Positions 9,252 to 18,423 of a stretch of DNA of 64,000 nt are shown here, piece after piece. Below the pieces are notes generated by a model. That model did not search any database. It had not been told where the DNA came from and saw nothing but the letters and a program-made list of their open reading frames with translations. The position numbers were made by a program, and so were the translations under genes. Every line of letters starts with the position of its first letter. Within the stretch, counting starts at the first letter, position 1. This DNA is from Candidatus Fervidifonticultor secundus (GTDB lineage: Bacteria > Sysuimicrobiota > Sysuimicrobiia > Sysuimicrobiales > Humicultoraceae): positions 113,006-177,005 of the forward strand of contig JAVKIP010000003.1 in the NCBI GenBank assembly GCA_031459385.1. Reading direction: 5' to 3'.

Positions 9252-10652
9252 GTGACGACACATCGCGCCTCGCGACGCCCCCTGAATGTCTCTGGGCTGC
9301 TGGTCGGCCTAGCCGTCCTCCTCTGCCCGCGCCCCGCGCATGCCGTCACCCCGGCGCGTCTGCTCGACGTCCAGTGGTCGTCCAGCGGGCCGGCTGTCTA
9401 TGTCGTGACACGGCTCGCGGGTGCCGTCCGGTACCGCACTACGACCGTCGCGGGGACCGTTGTCGTGGACCTGTGGACCGTGGAAGGCCAGGCCGACCGC
9501 GTCGTGGCCGTTGGCCACGGGGCCGTGGACCAGGTCATGATACGCCGCCTGACGCCCGAGGTGATCCGGCTGGAGATCGGACTGCGGGGACCCGCACGGT
9601 ACAGGGTCTACACCGGCACCGACCGTCTGACCGTCGCGGTCTTTCCGCCGGCGTGGAGCAGCGTGCCGCTTCCTCAGAGTGTGGCGTACGAGCGGTTGCG
9701 CGTCCCCAGCGGTGCGCGCCACGCCACCGTCCACGTGGTGACGCTGGACCCGCAGGCGCTGGAGATCCGCCCGGCGCTGGGCGGCGTGGTCGTCAAGGCC
9801 ACCGAGCCGACCAGCCTGGCCGCCACGCGGCTGGCAGCGGTGGCGGCGATCAACGGCTCGTACTACTCGCACGCAGGGCTGCCCCTGGGGCTGATCGTCA
9901 TCAACGGCCGCATTCTTTCGGCGCCGCTCGAGCGCCGCGCGGTCTTCGCCGTCGACCGTGCGGGCCGGCCCTGGATCGGCGAGACGGCCTTCAGCGGTCG
10001 CGTCGTCACCGACACGGGGCTCGCGGTGCCCATCTCCGCCATCAACCGGCCGCCGCGGTGGAACGGCCTGGCGCTCTACACGCCGGAGTTCGGCCCGCTG
10101 ACGCCCCCGCAAGCGTTGCTGGCCATCGTCCGGGAGGATCGTGTCGTCTCGTTCACACGCGGCCGCCCGGTGATTCCTCCGGACGGCTACGCGCTGGCCG
10201 CCGCAGAGTCGCAGCAGGCGATGCTGCAGGACATCCGGATCGGCCAGCCGCTTCTCCTGCACCTCGGCCTCAGCCCTGACGGGATCAAGCACGCGCTGCA
10301 GGGCGGGCCGCGCCTGGTGCGCGACGGCCGCGTGGACATCCCGTACGCATGGGAGCGCTTCTCGCCGGCCTTCTTCCGCGTCCGCACGGCGCGGTCGGCG
10401 GTGGCGATCACGCGGGCCGGCAAGGTGCTGTTCGTCACCGTAGACCGGCCCGGGCACGGCAGCGCCGGGATGGACCTGGCGGGCTTGGCGGCGCTGCTGG
10501 TGCGGCTCGGCGCGCGCGACGCCATGAACCTCGACGGCGGCGGCTCCGCGACGCTGGTCGTCGGCGGGCGCGTGGTGAGCGCCCTCCCCCACGGCGGCGA
10601 GCGCACCGTCTCGTCGGTGCTGGTCGCCCTCCCCCGACCCGACGAGCCGTAG
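9252..10652 (+). CDS. Secreted phosphodiester glycosidase (DUF2233) family protein with an N-terminal AMIN-like domain
   Basis: The signal peptide ends at ...RPAHA. The C-terminal part has AINGSYYSHAGLPLGLIVINGRILS and DAMNLDGGGSATLVVGG, typical of the DUF2233/NAGPA-like family. Confidence 0.7.
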   Translation: MTTHRASRRPLNVSGLLVGLAVLLCPRPAHAVTPARLLDVQWSSSGPAVYVVTRLAGAVRYRTTTVAGTVVVDLWTVEGQADRVVAVGHGAVDQVMIRRLTPEVIRLEIGLRGPARYRVYTGTDRLTVAVFPPAWSSVPLPQSVAYERLRVPSGARHATVHVVTLDPQALEIRPALGGVVVKATEPTSLAATRLAAVAAINGSYYSHAGLPLGLIVINGRILSAPLERRAVFAVDRAGRPWIGETAFSGRVVTDTGLAVPISAINRPPRWNGLALYTPEFGPLTPPQALLAIVREDRVVSFTRGRPVIPPDGYALAAAESQQAMLQDIRIGQPLLLHLGLSPDGIKHALQGGPRLVRDGRVDIPYAWERFSPAFFRVRTARSAVAITRAGKVLFVTVDRPGHGSAGMDLAGLAALLVRLGARDAMNLDGGGSATLVVGGRVVSALPHGGERTVSSVLVALPRPDEP

Positions 10653-10734
10653 CCTGCCCGCGCACGCCCACGGAACACTCGCGCCCGCCTCCGACGTTAC
10701 GTGGATGTTGCAGGATCTCTGGTAGTGTCATCTC

Positions 10735-11571
10735 GTGGCGTCGTGTCCGGCCCCGCGGCTGCACCGGCCATGGCGCCGCCGGGTAGGTACACGACCTCGG
10801 ACAGCGACATCTGGCTGGAGGGCAACCGGGCGCGTGCGCTATCCTCCCAAGCGCCAGGACGCCGAGTTTCTGGACACGCCGGGACAGGATCCGCGGGAGT
10901 TCGCGGGGCTGCTGGCGGCCGTGCGCCGCACCAACCGCTGGTACGGTGGCTACACGCTCGTCACCCGGTATCTGGAGCGCTTCGTGGCGCTGCTGCCCCG
11001 ACGCCCCCTGACCGTGCTCGATGTCGCCACCGCCTCTGCCGACGTGCCGGCGGTCATGGCCGCCTGGGCCCGCCGGCGGCGGGTGCCGCTGCGCGTGATC
11101 GCCCTCGACAGGAGCCCCGAGATCCTGGCCGCGGCGCGGGGGATCGTGCGCCCCTGGCCCGAGATCGCGCTGGTGCGCGGCGACGCCCTGGCCCTGCCGT
11201 GCCCCGACCGGAGCGTGGACATCGTGACGTGCGCCCTGGCGCTGCACCACTTCACCTTTGACGCCGCGGCCCGCGTGTTGCACGAGATCGCACGCGTCGC
11301 GCGCAGCGGCTTCGTGGTCAACGACGTGCTGCGCTCGTGGCCCGCGTACCTGGGCGCCCTGGCCGATGTCTGGCTCCTCTCCCGCAACCGGCTGGCCCGG
11401 CACGACGGCCCGCTGTCGGTGTTGCGCGCGTTCACCTGGCCCGAAGTGCACGCGCTGGCGGCGGCGGCCGGCCTGCGCGACGTGGAGATCCGCCGTCACC
11501 GGTTGCAGCGGGTCGTGCTGGTGCGGTGGCCCGGCGGCGCCGTGCCGGATGCGCCGCGAGGTGCGCGCTGA
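10735..11571 (+). CDS. Class I SAM-dependent methyltransferase
   Basis: LTVLDVATASADV (motif I-like), VIALDRSPEIL and DIVTCALALHHF are present. The start is uncertain: the ORF track gives 10735, and an in-frame GTG at 10834 (VRYPPKRQDAEFLD) is an alternative. Confidence 0.75.
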   Translation: MASCPAPRLHRPWRRRVGTRPRTATSGWRATGRVRYPPKRQDAEFLDTPGQDPREFAGLLAAVRRTNRWYGGYTLVTRYLERFVALLPRRPLTVLDVATASADVPAVMAAWARRRRVPLRVIALDRSPEILAAARGIVRPWPEIALVRGDALALPCPDRSVDIVTCALALHHFTFDAAARVLHEIARVARSGFVVNDVLRSWPAYLGALADVWLLSRNRLARHDGPLSVLRAFTWPEVHALAAAAGLRDVEIRRHRLQRVVLVRWPGGAVPDAPRGAR

Positions 11572-12743
11572 TGGACGCCGACGTGATCGTCGTCGGCGCG
11601 GGGCCTGCGGGCAGTGCCACCGCGCTGGGGCTCGCGCGAGCCGGCTGGCGCGTCCTCATCGTGGACCGCGCGGTCTTTCCACGGTTCAAGCCCTGCGGCG
11701 AGTACCTGAACCCAGCGGCCGTGGCCGCGCTGGACCGGCTCGGGCTGGGCGGCGAGGTCGCGGCGGCCGGCGCGTCCCTGTCGGGGATGTTCGTCGCCGG
11801 GCCGGACGGCGCGGCGTTCTGGGCGCCGTTCCCCTCCGGGCGCGGGCTGCTGGTGCCGCGGGCGCGGCTGGACGCGCTGCTGCTGGCGGCGGCGGCGCGC
11901 GCGGGCGTGCGCGTCATGGAAGGATGCCGGGTCGATGCGGCGCACCCTGGCCCGGCACCGACGGTGGGGGTGCGGTGCAGCGGCCGGAGCCTGCGCCTCG
12001 CCGCCCGCCTCGTGGTGGGCGCCGACGGCCTGCGGTCGGCCGTCGCGCGGTGGGCCGGCCCGTTGCGCCCGGCTGCGGGCGCCCGGTACACCGTGGGCGC
12101 GTACTTCGAAGGGTTGCGGGTCGCGGGGCCGCGGGGCGACCTCCATCTCGGCACCGCCTGCTACGCGGGCGCCGCGATCTACGGCGGGGGCGCGGGCAAC
12201 GTCGTCGCCGCCGTGCCGGTGGCCTGGCTGCGCGCGCGCCGCGCGGCCGATGGAGCCTTCGCCGCGGCCGTAGCCGCGCTGCCGCTGCTGGCGCCCATGC
12301 TCGCGGGCGCCCGCCGGGTCTCGCCGTTCGCCGCCGTCGGCCCCCTGGGCTTCACGCGCCGTCCGGCCATCGCCGATGGCCTGCTCCTGGTCGGCGACGC
12401 CGCCGGCACGATCGACCCGATGACCGGGGAGGGCATCGCGCTGGCCCTGCGGGGGGCTGAGCTCGCGGTCGCGATCGCCGGGGCTGCGCTGGCCACCGGG
12501 CCGGCGACCCGGCGGGCGCTAGTCGAATACGAGCGGGCACGCGCGCGCGCCTTCGGCGACACCTGGCGCGCGAGCCGGCTGCTCCAGTGGCTCGTGCGGC
12601 GCCCCCGCCTGCTCCCCAGGCTCGTGCGGCGGCTGGCAGCCCGCCCGCCGCTGGCGGCCGCGGTGCTCGGGGCCGTCAGCGAGGTGCGGCCGGCAGCCGA
12701 CCTGCTGACGCCCCGCCGCCTCCTGGAACTGGTGACGCCCTGA
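11571..12743 (+). CDS. FAD-dependent oxidoreductase (geranylgeranyl reductase / aromatic-ring hydroxylase-like)
   Basis: ATG 11571 overlaps the upstream TGA (CTGATGG). The dinucleotide fold is MDADVIVVGAGPAGSATALGLARAGWRVLIVDR, and a later GDAAGTIDPMTGEGI motif is present. Confidence 0.8.
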   Translation: MDADVIVVGAGPAGSATALGLARAGWRVLIVDRAVFPRFKPCGEYLNPAAVAALDRLGLGGEVAAAGASLSGMFVAGPDGAAFWAPFPSGRGLLVPRARLDALLLAAAARAGVRVMEGCRVDAAHPGPAPTVGVRCSGRSLRLAARLVVGADGLRSAVARWAGPLRPAAGARYTVGAYFEGLRVAGPRGDLHLGTACYAGAAIYGGGAGNVVAAVPVAWLRARRAADGAFAAAVAALPLLAPMLAGARRVSPFAAVGPLGFTRRPAIADGLLLVGDAAGTIDPMTGEGIALALRGAELAVAIAGAALATGPATRRALVEYERARARAFGDTWRASRLLQWLVRRPRLLPRLVRRLAARPPLAAAVLGAVSEVRPAADLLTPRRLLELVTP

Positions 12744-13192
12744 TGCGCCTGACGCACCGCATCGTGATCGCCGCGCCGTTCGAGGCGGTCTTCGCCCTCG
12801 CGCGGGACGTCGAAGCCTGGACCACCCTGCTCCCCGAGTACCGCTGGTGCCGGGTGCTGGAGCGCGCGCCGGGCCGGCTGGTCTTCGCGATGGGCGGGTG
12901 GGTCCGCGGCTGGCCGGCGCGCTGGCTGGCCGTGCAGGAGACCGATCCGGCGCACGGCCGCATCACCTTCCGCCACATCGGCGGGCTCACGACGGGCATG
13001 CACGTCGAGTGGCGGCTCGCGCGCGCCGGCGACGCCGTCCGGGTCGAGATCGTCCACGACCTGGTGCTGCGGTGGCCGCTCGTCGGCCGCTGGGTCAGCG
13101 ATCGGATCGTGGGGCCGCTCTTCATCGACCATATCGCCCGTCGGACCCTGGCCGCGGTGAAGGCGCGTGCGGAGGCCGCGGCGAGCGGGTAG
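12743..13192 (+). CDS. SRPBCC-family protein (polyketide cyclase/dehydrase-like)
   Basis: ATG 12743 overlaps the upstream stop (TGATG). The size (149 aa) and the pattern MRLTHRIVIAAPFEAVFALARDVEAWTTLLPEY fit the SRPBCC/START-like fold. Confidence 0.6.
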   Translation: MRLTHRIVIAAPFEAVFALARDVEAWTTLLPEYRWCRVLERAPGRLVFAMGGWVRGWPARWLAVQETDPAHGRITFRHIGGLTTGMHVEWRLARAGDAVRVEIVHDLVLRWPLVGRWVSDRIVGPLFIDHIARRTLAAVKARAEAAASG

Positions 13193-13196
13193 CGCC

Positions 13197-14438
13197 ATGC
13201 CACATCGCGTGGCGGTCACCGGCATCGGCGCGATCACGCCCATCGGACACGGCGCCGGGGGCCTGTTCGAAGGGATCGTGGCCGGCCGGCCGGGTGTCCG
13301 GCTGGTGGAGCGGTTCGACGCCTCGGCGTTCGGCAGCCGCGTGGCAGCCGAGGTCGCCGACTTCGACCCGCTCCAGCACCTCGACACCAGACAGGCGCGC
13401 CGGCTGGACCGCTTCGCACAGTTCGCGGTCGTCTGCGGCCGTCAGGCCGCGGCCGATGCGGGCCTCACCCTGGATACCCTGGACCGCGAGCGGGCCGGCG
13501 TCTTCATCGGCACCGCGCTGGGCGGCGCAGCCTTTGCGGAGGAGCAGCACCACGTCTACCTGCGGGAAGGGATCCGCCGGGTCCGGCCGACCCTGGCGCT
13601 GTCGGTCTTCGGCGGCGCCGCGTCCTGCAACATCGCCATCGACCTGGGGCTGACCGGGCCCACCAGCGCCAACACCGATTCGTGCGCGTCGGGCACCATT
13701 GCCATCGGCGAGGCGGCGCGGCTGATTCGCAACGGCGAGGCGGACCTCATGCTGGCCGGCGGCGTGGAGGTGCCGCTGACGCCCATGATCTTCGGTGCCT
13801 TCGACCTGATCCGGGCCATGTCCACGCGCAACGACGCGCCCGCCGCGGCGTGCCGGCCGTTCGACCGGGGCCGCGACGGCTTCGTGATGGGCGAGGGCGC
13901 CGCGGTGCTGGTGCTGGAGCGCCTCGAGCACGCCCTGGCCCGCGGCGCCCGGGTCTACGGTGAGGTATTGGGCTACGCGTCGACCAACGACGCCTACCAC
14001 ATGACGGCACCCCTGCCCGACGGCGCTCAGGCGATCCGCGCGATGCGCCTCGCGCTGCAGGACGCCGGGCTGGCACCCGAGCAGATCGATCACATCAACG
14101 CCCACGCCTCCTCGACGCCGCTCAACGACCCCACCGAGACCCGGGCGATCAAGGCGGTCTTCGGCCCGCACGCCGCGCGGGTGCCGGTCAGCGGCACCAA
14201 GTCGATGCACGGTCACGCGCTGGGGGCCTCCGGCGCCATCGAAGCGGCCATCTGCATGCTGGCGCTGGCGCGCGACTACCTGCCGCCCACGATCAACCTC
14301 GACGATCCCGACCCCGAGTGCGACCTCGACTACGTCCCCCACCGGGGCCGGTGGCAGCGGGTCCGGCACGTGATGAGCACCTCGTTCGGCTTCGGCGGCA
14401 TCAACGCGGTCCTGGTGTTCGGACGGGTGGGGGCGTAG
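13197..14438 (+). CDS. Beta-ketoacyl synthase (KAS I/II-type, Cys-His-His)
   Basis: MPHRVAVTGIGAITPIG is present, with active-site Cys in NTDSCASG, His in INAHASSTPLND and KSMHGHALGASG. It is not obviously the housekeeping fabF, because there are no fab neighbours. Confidence 0.8.
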   Translation: MPHRVAVTGIGAITPIGHGAGGLFEGIVAGRPGVRLVERFDASAFGSRVAAEVADFDPLQHLDTRQARRLDRFAQFAVVCGRQAAADAGLTLDTLDRERAGVFIGTALGGAAFAEEQHHVYLREGIRRVRPTLALSVFGGAASCNIAIDLGLTGPTSANTDSCASGTIAIGEAARLIRNGEADLMLAGGVEVPLTPMIFGAFDLIRAMSTRNDAPAAACRPFDRGRDGFVMGEGAAVLVLERLEHALARGARVYGEVLGYASTNDAYHMTAPLPDGAQAIRAMRLALQDAGLAPEQIDHINAHASSTPLNDPTETRAIKAVFGPHAARVPVSGTKSMHGHALGASGAIEAAICMLALARDYLPPTINLDDPDPECDLDYVPHRGRWQRVRHVMSTSFGFGGINAVLVFGRVGA

Positions 14439-14554
14439 CCGCGCGCAGGATCCCGCCGATCGGACAACGAATATTACTACTCAACAGTTGCATACGGGCT
14501 GCTCATCTGCGTGACTCTGGTGTTCCTTGCGGCAGGGGCCGAGGAGGTACTGTC

Positions 14555-15246
14555 ATGCAGAGCCAACGGGGACGTCTGGTGCTGGTCGTGCTGTGCGCGG
14601 CCGGGCTGGCCGCCGGCGTACAGGCGGGGGTCGTCGCGCAGGACCTCACCCCCATGGACCGCCGGGACTGAAGACGGGCGACCGGTGGGTCTTCTCCTGG
14701 AAGGACTCCCGGGGGCAGACCGGGCGGGGTGTGTGGACCGTGGCCCGCCTCGACGACTTCGAGGGCACGCGGGCCTACTTCATCGAGCGCACCAATGAAT
14801 GGACGACGCCGCAAGGGCAACGGCGGAGCAGCCGCGATGTGCAGATCCGCGATCTCGAATGGAACTACATCGGCCGGCTCAATGAGCAACGGCATCCCGT
14901 GTTCCGGCGGAAGATGGCGTACATGAGGTAGCCCCTGACGCCGGGCGCGCAGTGGGAGACGGAAGGCGCCTACGAGTTCCTGAACCAGGGAATCTGGACG
15001 AAGCGGCAGAGCAAGATGTTCGTCCACGTGAAAGGCGTAGAGGATGTCACTACTCCGGCGGGCGCCTTCCGGAGCTACCGCCTCTACGCCATCTGGCGAT
15101 GGTTCAGCGATGCCGGCACGGCGCTCGGCCACGCCGAGACCGAGGACTGGCTCTCGCCGCAGGTGCGGTTCTTCGTCATGGGGAGAACCAAAGAGGGCAC
15201 CTACACCTCGGAGTACGAGCTCGCAGAGTACCACCTGACGCCGTGA
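14555..15246 (+). pseudogene. Disrupted secreted hypothetical protein (one frameshift plus one in-frame TAG)
   Basis: GAGGAGG-N7-ATG 14555 gives a clean signal peptide (MQSQRGRLVLVVLCAAGLAAGVQAG) that stops at 14671. The protein-like sequence continues in another frame (LKTGDRWVFSWKDSRGQTGRGVWTVARLDDFEG...). That frame is interrupted by TAG 14929-14931 and resumes in the same frame (PLTPGAQWETEGAYEF...VKGVEDVTTPAGAFRSYRLY...) up to 15246. Confidence 0.55.
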
Positions 15247-15253
15247 GGGCTTC

Positions 15254-15748
15254 GTGACCTCCGGGGGCGACCACCCTGGCGCGCGCAGCGCACCCGTAGT
15301 CTTCACCCTGGGTACCAGCACGCGTACATCCGAGGAGTTCGTCGCCTGCTGCCGCGCCTTCGGGATAACCCGCGTCGTCGACGTCCGGCGGTTCCCGACC
15401 AGCCACAAGTACCCACAGTTCGTCCGCGAGGCCTTTGCAACGTTCCTCCGCGACGCCCAGATCGACTACGCGCACCTCGGGCCCACCCTTGGCGGCTATC
15501 GGACCGGCGGGTATGAGACGTACATGGCCACCGCGGCGTTCCGCGAGGGCCTGGCGGAACTCGAGCGGCTCGCGCGTGCGGCGCCCACCGCCGTCGTCTG
15601 CAGCGAGCGGCTGCCGTGGCGCTGCCACCGGCGCTTCATCGCGCGGGCCCTCGAGGCCCGCGGGTGGCGGGTCGTGCACGTCATCGAGCCGGACCCCGTG
15701 TGGACCCCCGAGCCCGCCGCCACGCCTTTCAACGGCTCTGCGCCGTAG
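15254..15748 (+). CDS. DUF488 family protein
   Basis: VFTLGTSTRTSEEFVACCRAFGITRVVDVRRFP...VCSERLPWRCHRRFIA is the typical DUF488 pattern. Confidence 0.75.
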   Translation: MTSGGDHPGARSAPVVFTLGTSTRTSEEFVACCRAFGITRVVDVRRFPTSHKYPQFVREAFATFLRDAQIDYAHLGPTLGGYRTGGYETYMATAAFREGLAELERLARAAPTAVVCSERLPWRCHRRFIARALEARGWRVVHVIEPDPVWTPEPAATPFNGSAP

Positions 15749-15766
15749 GTAGCCCGCGGTCGCCGG

Positions 15767-17086
15767 CTACAGCCGCGCCACCTGCGGCGCACCCAGCGCG
15801 ACCAGCCCCGCCACAGCGACGACCACCGCGCCGCCCAGCGCCAGCGCCGCGCCGACGCCGATGGCCCCGGCCAGCGCGCCCAGTGGCAGCGTGCCGAGCG
15901 CGAACATGCCGAAGGTGACCATCCCGTAGAGCCCCATGATGCGGCCGCGCTGCTCGGGCCGCACCGTCGTCTGCAGCACTGTGTTGGCCGCAGCCAGGGC
16001 CACAGCCTGAGCGGTGCCGACGGTCACGAGCAGGGCGACCGACAGCAGGAACCACCGGGACAACGCGACGAGCACTACCAGCGTCCCCATGGCCGCTCCG
16101 GCGCGCAGGAGCAGCCGGCCCCGCGGGGCGTCGCCCAGCGCGCCGATCGCGAAGACCGCCAGCACGGTGCCGATGCCCGGTGCGGCCTGGAGCACGCCCA
16201 GCCCCTGCGGCCCGACGCCCAGGACCTCGCGGGCCATCGCGGGCATCAGCCGGATGTACGGCCGGCCGAAGAAGCTCACCACCGCTACCAGCCCCAGCAC
16301 CGCGAGCACATGGCGGTGCCGCACCAGCAGCGCCAGCCCCTCACGGATGTCCTGGCCGACGGACTCGCGGGCCTGGCTCTGCCGGGGCGGGACCTGCATG
16401 CGGAGCAACGCCGCCAGCACGGCGATGTACGTGAGGGCGTTGGCGAAGAAGCACCCGGCCACGCCGACCGTGGCGATGACCACGCCGCCGATGGACGGGC
16501 CGATGATGCCGGATCCGTTGAACGCCATGGAGTTGAGGCTCACCGCGGCCATCAGGTGGCGCTCCCCGACCAGGCTCGGCACCATCGACTGCCGCGCGGG
16601 CATGTCGAACGAGTTGGCGAACGAGTTGAACGCGCCGATCACCAGGACGTGCCACACCTGGATGCGCCCCGTGACCGCCAGCACGCCGAGCAACGTGGCC
16701 GAGGCCATGAGCGCCGCGTTGGTGACCAGGAGCACCATGCGCCGGTCGAGCCGGTCGGCGGCCACCCCGCCCAGGAAGGCGAACAGCAGCCGGGGCACGG
16801 CCTGCACGAGCCCCAGGAGTCCCAGGTAGACGGGCGCGCGGGTCAGATCGTCGATCAGGTAGCCCAGGGCGGTGAACTGCATCCACGACCCGACGTGGGA
16901 GATGAGCAGACCGCTCCAGAGCAGCCGGTAGTTGCGCAGGCGAAGGAGCGCGAACGCCGCGCGCGGGTCGCGCCGGCGGCCGGGGACAGCCGGCGCCGCG
17001 ACCGCGACATCGCCGGGCGCCGACGCCGCGGCTGCGACATCGCCGGGGGCCGACGCCGCGGCCGGCGCGAGTTCGCTATCGGCCAT
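15767..17086 (-). CDS. MFS transporter
   Basis: ATG at 17086 (MADSEL...). Twelve-TM-like hydrophobic periodicity, with LLWSGLLISHVGSWMQFTALGYLI and GGVAADRLDRR motifs. The ORF-track start at 17317 would overlap the next gene. Confidence 0.8.
   Translation of the reverse strand: MADSELAPAAASAPGDVAAAASAPGDVAVAAPAVPGRRRDPRAAFALLRLRNYRLLWSGLLISHVGSWMQFTALGYLIDDLTRAPVYLGLLGLVQAVPRLLFAFLGGVAADRLDRRMVLLVTNAALMASATLLGVLAVTGRIQVWHVLVIGAFNSFANSFDMPARQSMVPSLVGERHLMAAVSLNSMAFNGSGIIGPSIGGVVIATVGVAGCFFANALTYIAVLAALLRMQVPPRQSQARESVGQDIREGLALLVRHRHVLAVLGLVAVVSFFGRPYIRLMPAMAREVLGVGPQGLGVLQAAPGIGTVLAVFAIGALGDAPRGRLLLRAGAAMGTLVVLVALSRWFLLSVALLVTVGTAQAVALAAANTVLQTTVRPEQRGRIMGLYGMVTFGMFALGTLPLGALAGAIGVGAALALGGAVVVAVAGLVALGAPQVARL
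17004..17063 (-). repeat. Tandem 30-nt direct duplication inside the MFS N-terminus
   Basis: GCGACATCGCCGGGCGCCGACGCCGCGGCT is followed by GCGACATCGCCGGGGGCCGACGCCGCGGCC (2 mismatches). It encodes AAASAPGDVA twice. Confidence 0.8.
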
Positions 17087-17112
17087 GGGGCACCCTGGGG
17101 GGTGGGGGCCGC

Positions 17113-17703
17113 TCACCAGGGTGAGGAGTAGCGCTCTTCCTTCCACGGGTCGCCGCGCATGTGGTACCCGTTGCGCTCCCAGAAACCGGCGCGATCCGAC
17201 GCCACGAGCTCGAGACCGCGGACCCATTTGGCGCTCTTCCAGAAGTAGAGGCGGGGCACCACCAGGCGCAGGGGCCATCCGTGCTCGGGCGTCAGGTCCC
17301 TGCCGTCCGCCCGCCACGCGAAGAGCGCGTCGTCGGCCTGCAGGTACTCGAGGGGCAGGTTGGTCTCGTAGCCCTGCTCGGCGTGCACCATGACGAACCT
17401 GGCCTCAGGCCGGGGCGCCGCCAGCCCCAGCACGGTCCTCGCGGCGACGCCCTCGAAGACCACGCCCAACCGGCTCCATGCGGTCACGCAGTGGATGTCG
17501 CAGGTGAGGACGGTGGTCGGCAGCGCCCGGAACTCCTCGTAGGAAAGGGTGACCGGCTGCTCGACGAGCCCGAACAGCCGGAAGTCCCAGCGGAGGGGAT
17601 CGAACTGCGGGATGCTGCCGTAGTGCAGGACCGGCCACTTCTCGGTTACGTACTGCCCGGGCGGCACGCGCCCGGCGCTCTGCCGCATCGCCAACCTCCT
17701 CAT
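17113..17703 (-). CDS. Molybdopterin-dependent (sulfite-oxidase-like) oxidoreductase, small form
   Basis: LTCDIHCVTAWSRLGVVFEGV, GYETNLPL, GWPLRLVVPRLYFWKSAKWVRGLEL and FWERNGYH are typical of the Oxidored_molyb domain. Confidence 0.75.
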   Translation of the reverse strand: MRRLAMRQSAGRVPPGQYVTEKWPVLHYGSIPQFDPLRWDFRLFGLVEQPVTLSYEEFRALPTTVLTCDIHCVTAWSRLGVVFEGVAARTVLGLAAPRPEARFVMVHAEQGYETNLPLEYLQADDALFAWRADGRDLTPEHGWPLRLVVPRLYFWKSAKWVRGLELVASDRAGFWERNGYHMRGDPWKEERYSSPW

Positions 17704-17761
17704 CGGACCTCATGGGCCCCGGTGTTCTGAACCTGTCTTCCACGCCTATATGAAACACCCG

Positions 17762-18343
17762 TCAGGATCGCGGCGTCACGGGCCGTGCGTTGCAGAAGCG
17801 CATGGCGGCCTGCGGGCCGTCGCGCACCCACTGCACGATCCCCTCGACCGCGCGCGCAACCGCGTCGTCGAGCCGCGCGCGCTCCTCGGGCGTGGGCCGC
17901 TCGAGCACGTAGTCTGCAGGGTCCATCCCGGCCGGCGGCCGCCCGATGCCCACCCGCAGGCGCGGAAAGGCCGTCGTGCCCAGCGCCTCGATCACCGACT
18001 GGAGACCGTTGTGCCCGCCGGCGCTGCCCTGCTCGCGAAAGCGGATCGTCCCCGGCGGCAGGTCGAGGTCGTCGTACACGACCAGCAGGTGTGCGAGGGC
18101 GATCCGGTGGCGGCGGCGCAGATCGGCCACGGCCGGCCCGGCCACGTTCATGTAGGTCTCGGGCCACGCCAGCAGCACGCGCTGCCCCGCGACCGTCCCC
18201 CCTCCGGTCGTCGCCCGGCCGTCCCTGGCGTCCAGCCGAATGCCGCAGGCCGCCGCGAGATGCTCGACGACCTCCCGGCCCATGTTGTGCCGCGTGCCGC
18301 GGTACCGGCGCCCGGGATTCCCCAGACCGACGATGAGTCGCAT
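17762..18343 (-). CDS. pth: Peptidyl-tRNA hydrolase
   Basis: ATG at 18343. MRLIVGLGNPGRRYRGTRHNMG, YMNVAG and GSAGGHNGLQS are present. Confidence 0.92.
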   Translation of the reverse strand: MRLIVGLGNPGRRYRGTRHNMGREVVEHLAAACGIRLDARDGRATTGGGTVAGQRVLLAWPETYMNVAGPAVADLRRRHRIALAHLLVVYDDLDLPPGTIRFREQGSAGGHNGLQSVIEALGTTAFPRLRVGIGRPPAGMDPADYVLERPTPEERARLDDAVARAVEGIVQWVRDGPQAAMRFCNARPVTPRS

Positions 18344-18423
18344 GCAACCAGGAGCACGCAGACCGGCAGGCCACCGCGTGCCGTGCACGATCGGGCGCGC
18401 CGGGGGCCAGCAGGGCTGCGGGA

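Noticed and set aside
14929-14931. An in-frame TAG in the secreted-protein gene, considered as a possible pyrrolysine codon.
   Set aside because: Nothing in the context suggests pyl genes or methylamine metabolism. The same gene also carries a frameshift, so gene decay is the simpler explanation.
17004-17063. A 30-nt tandem repeat, considered as a CRISPR-like or VNTR element.
   Set aside because: There are only two copies with no spacers, and the repeat lies inside the MFS coding frame, where it just duplicates AAASAPGDVA. This is a simple in-frame duplication.
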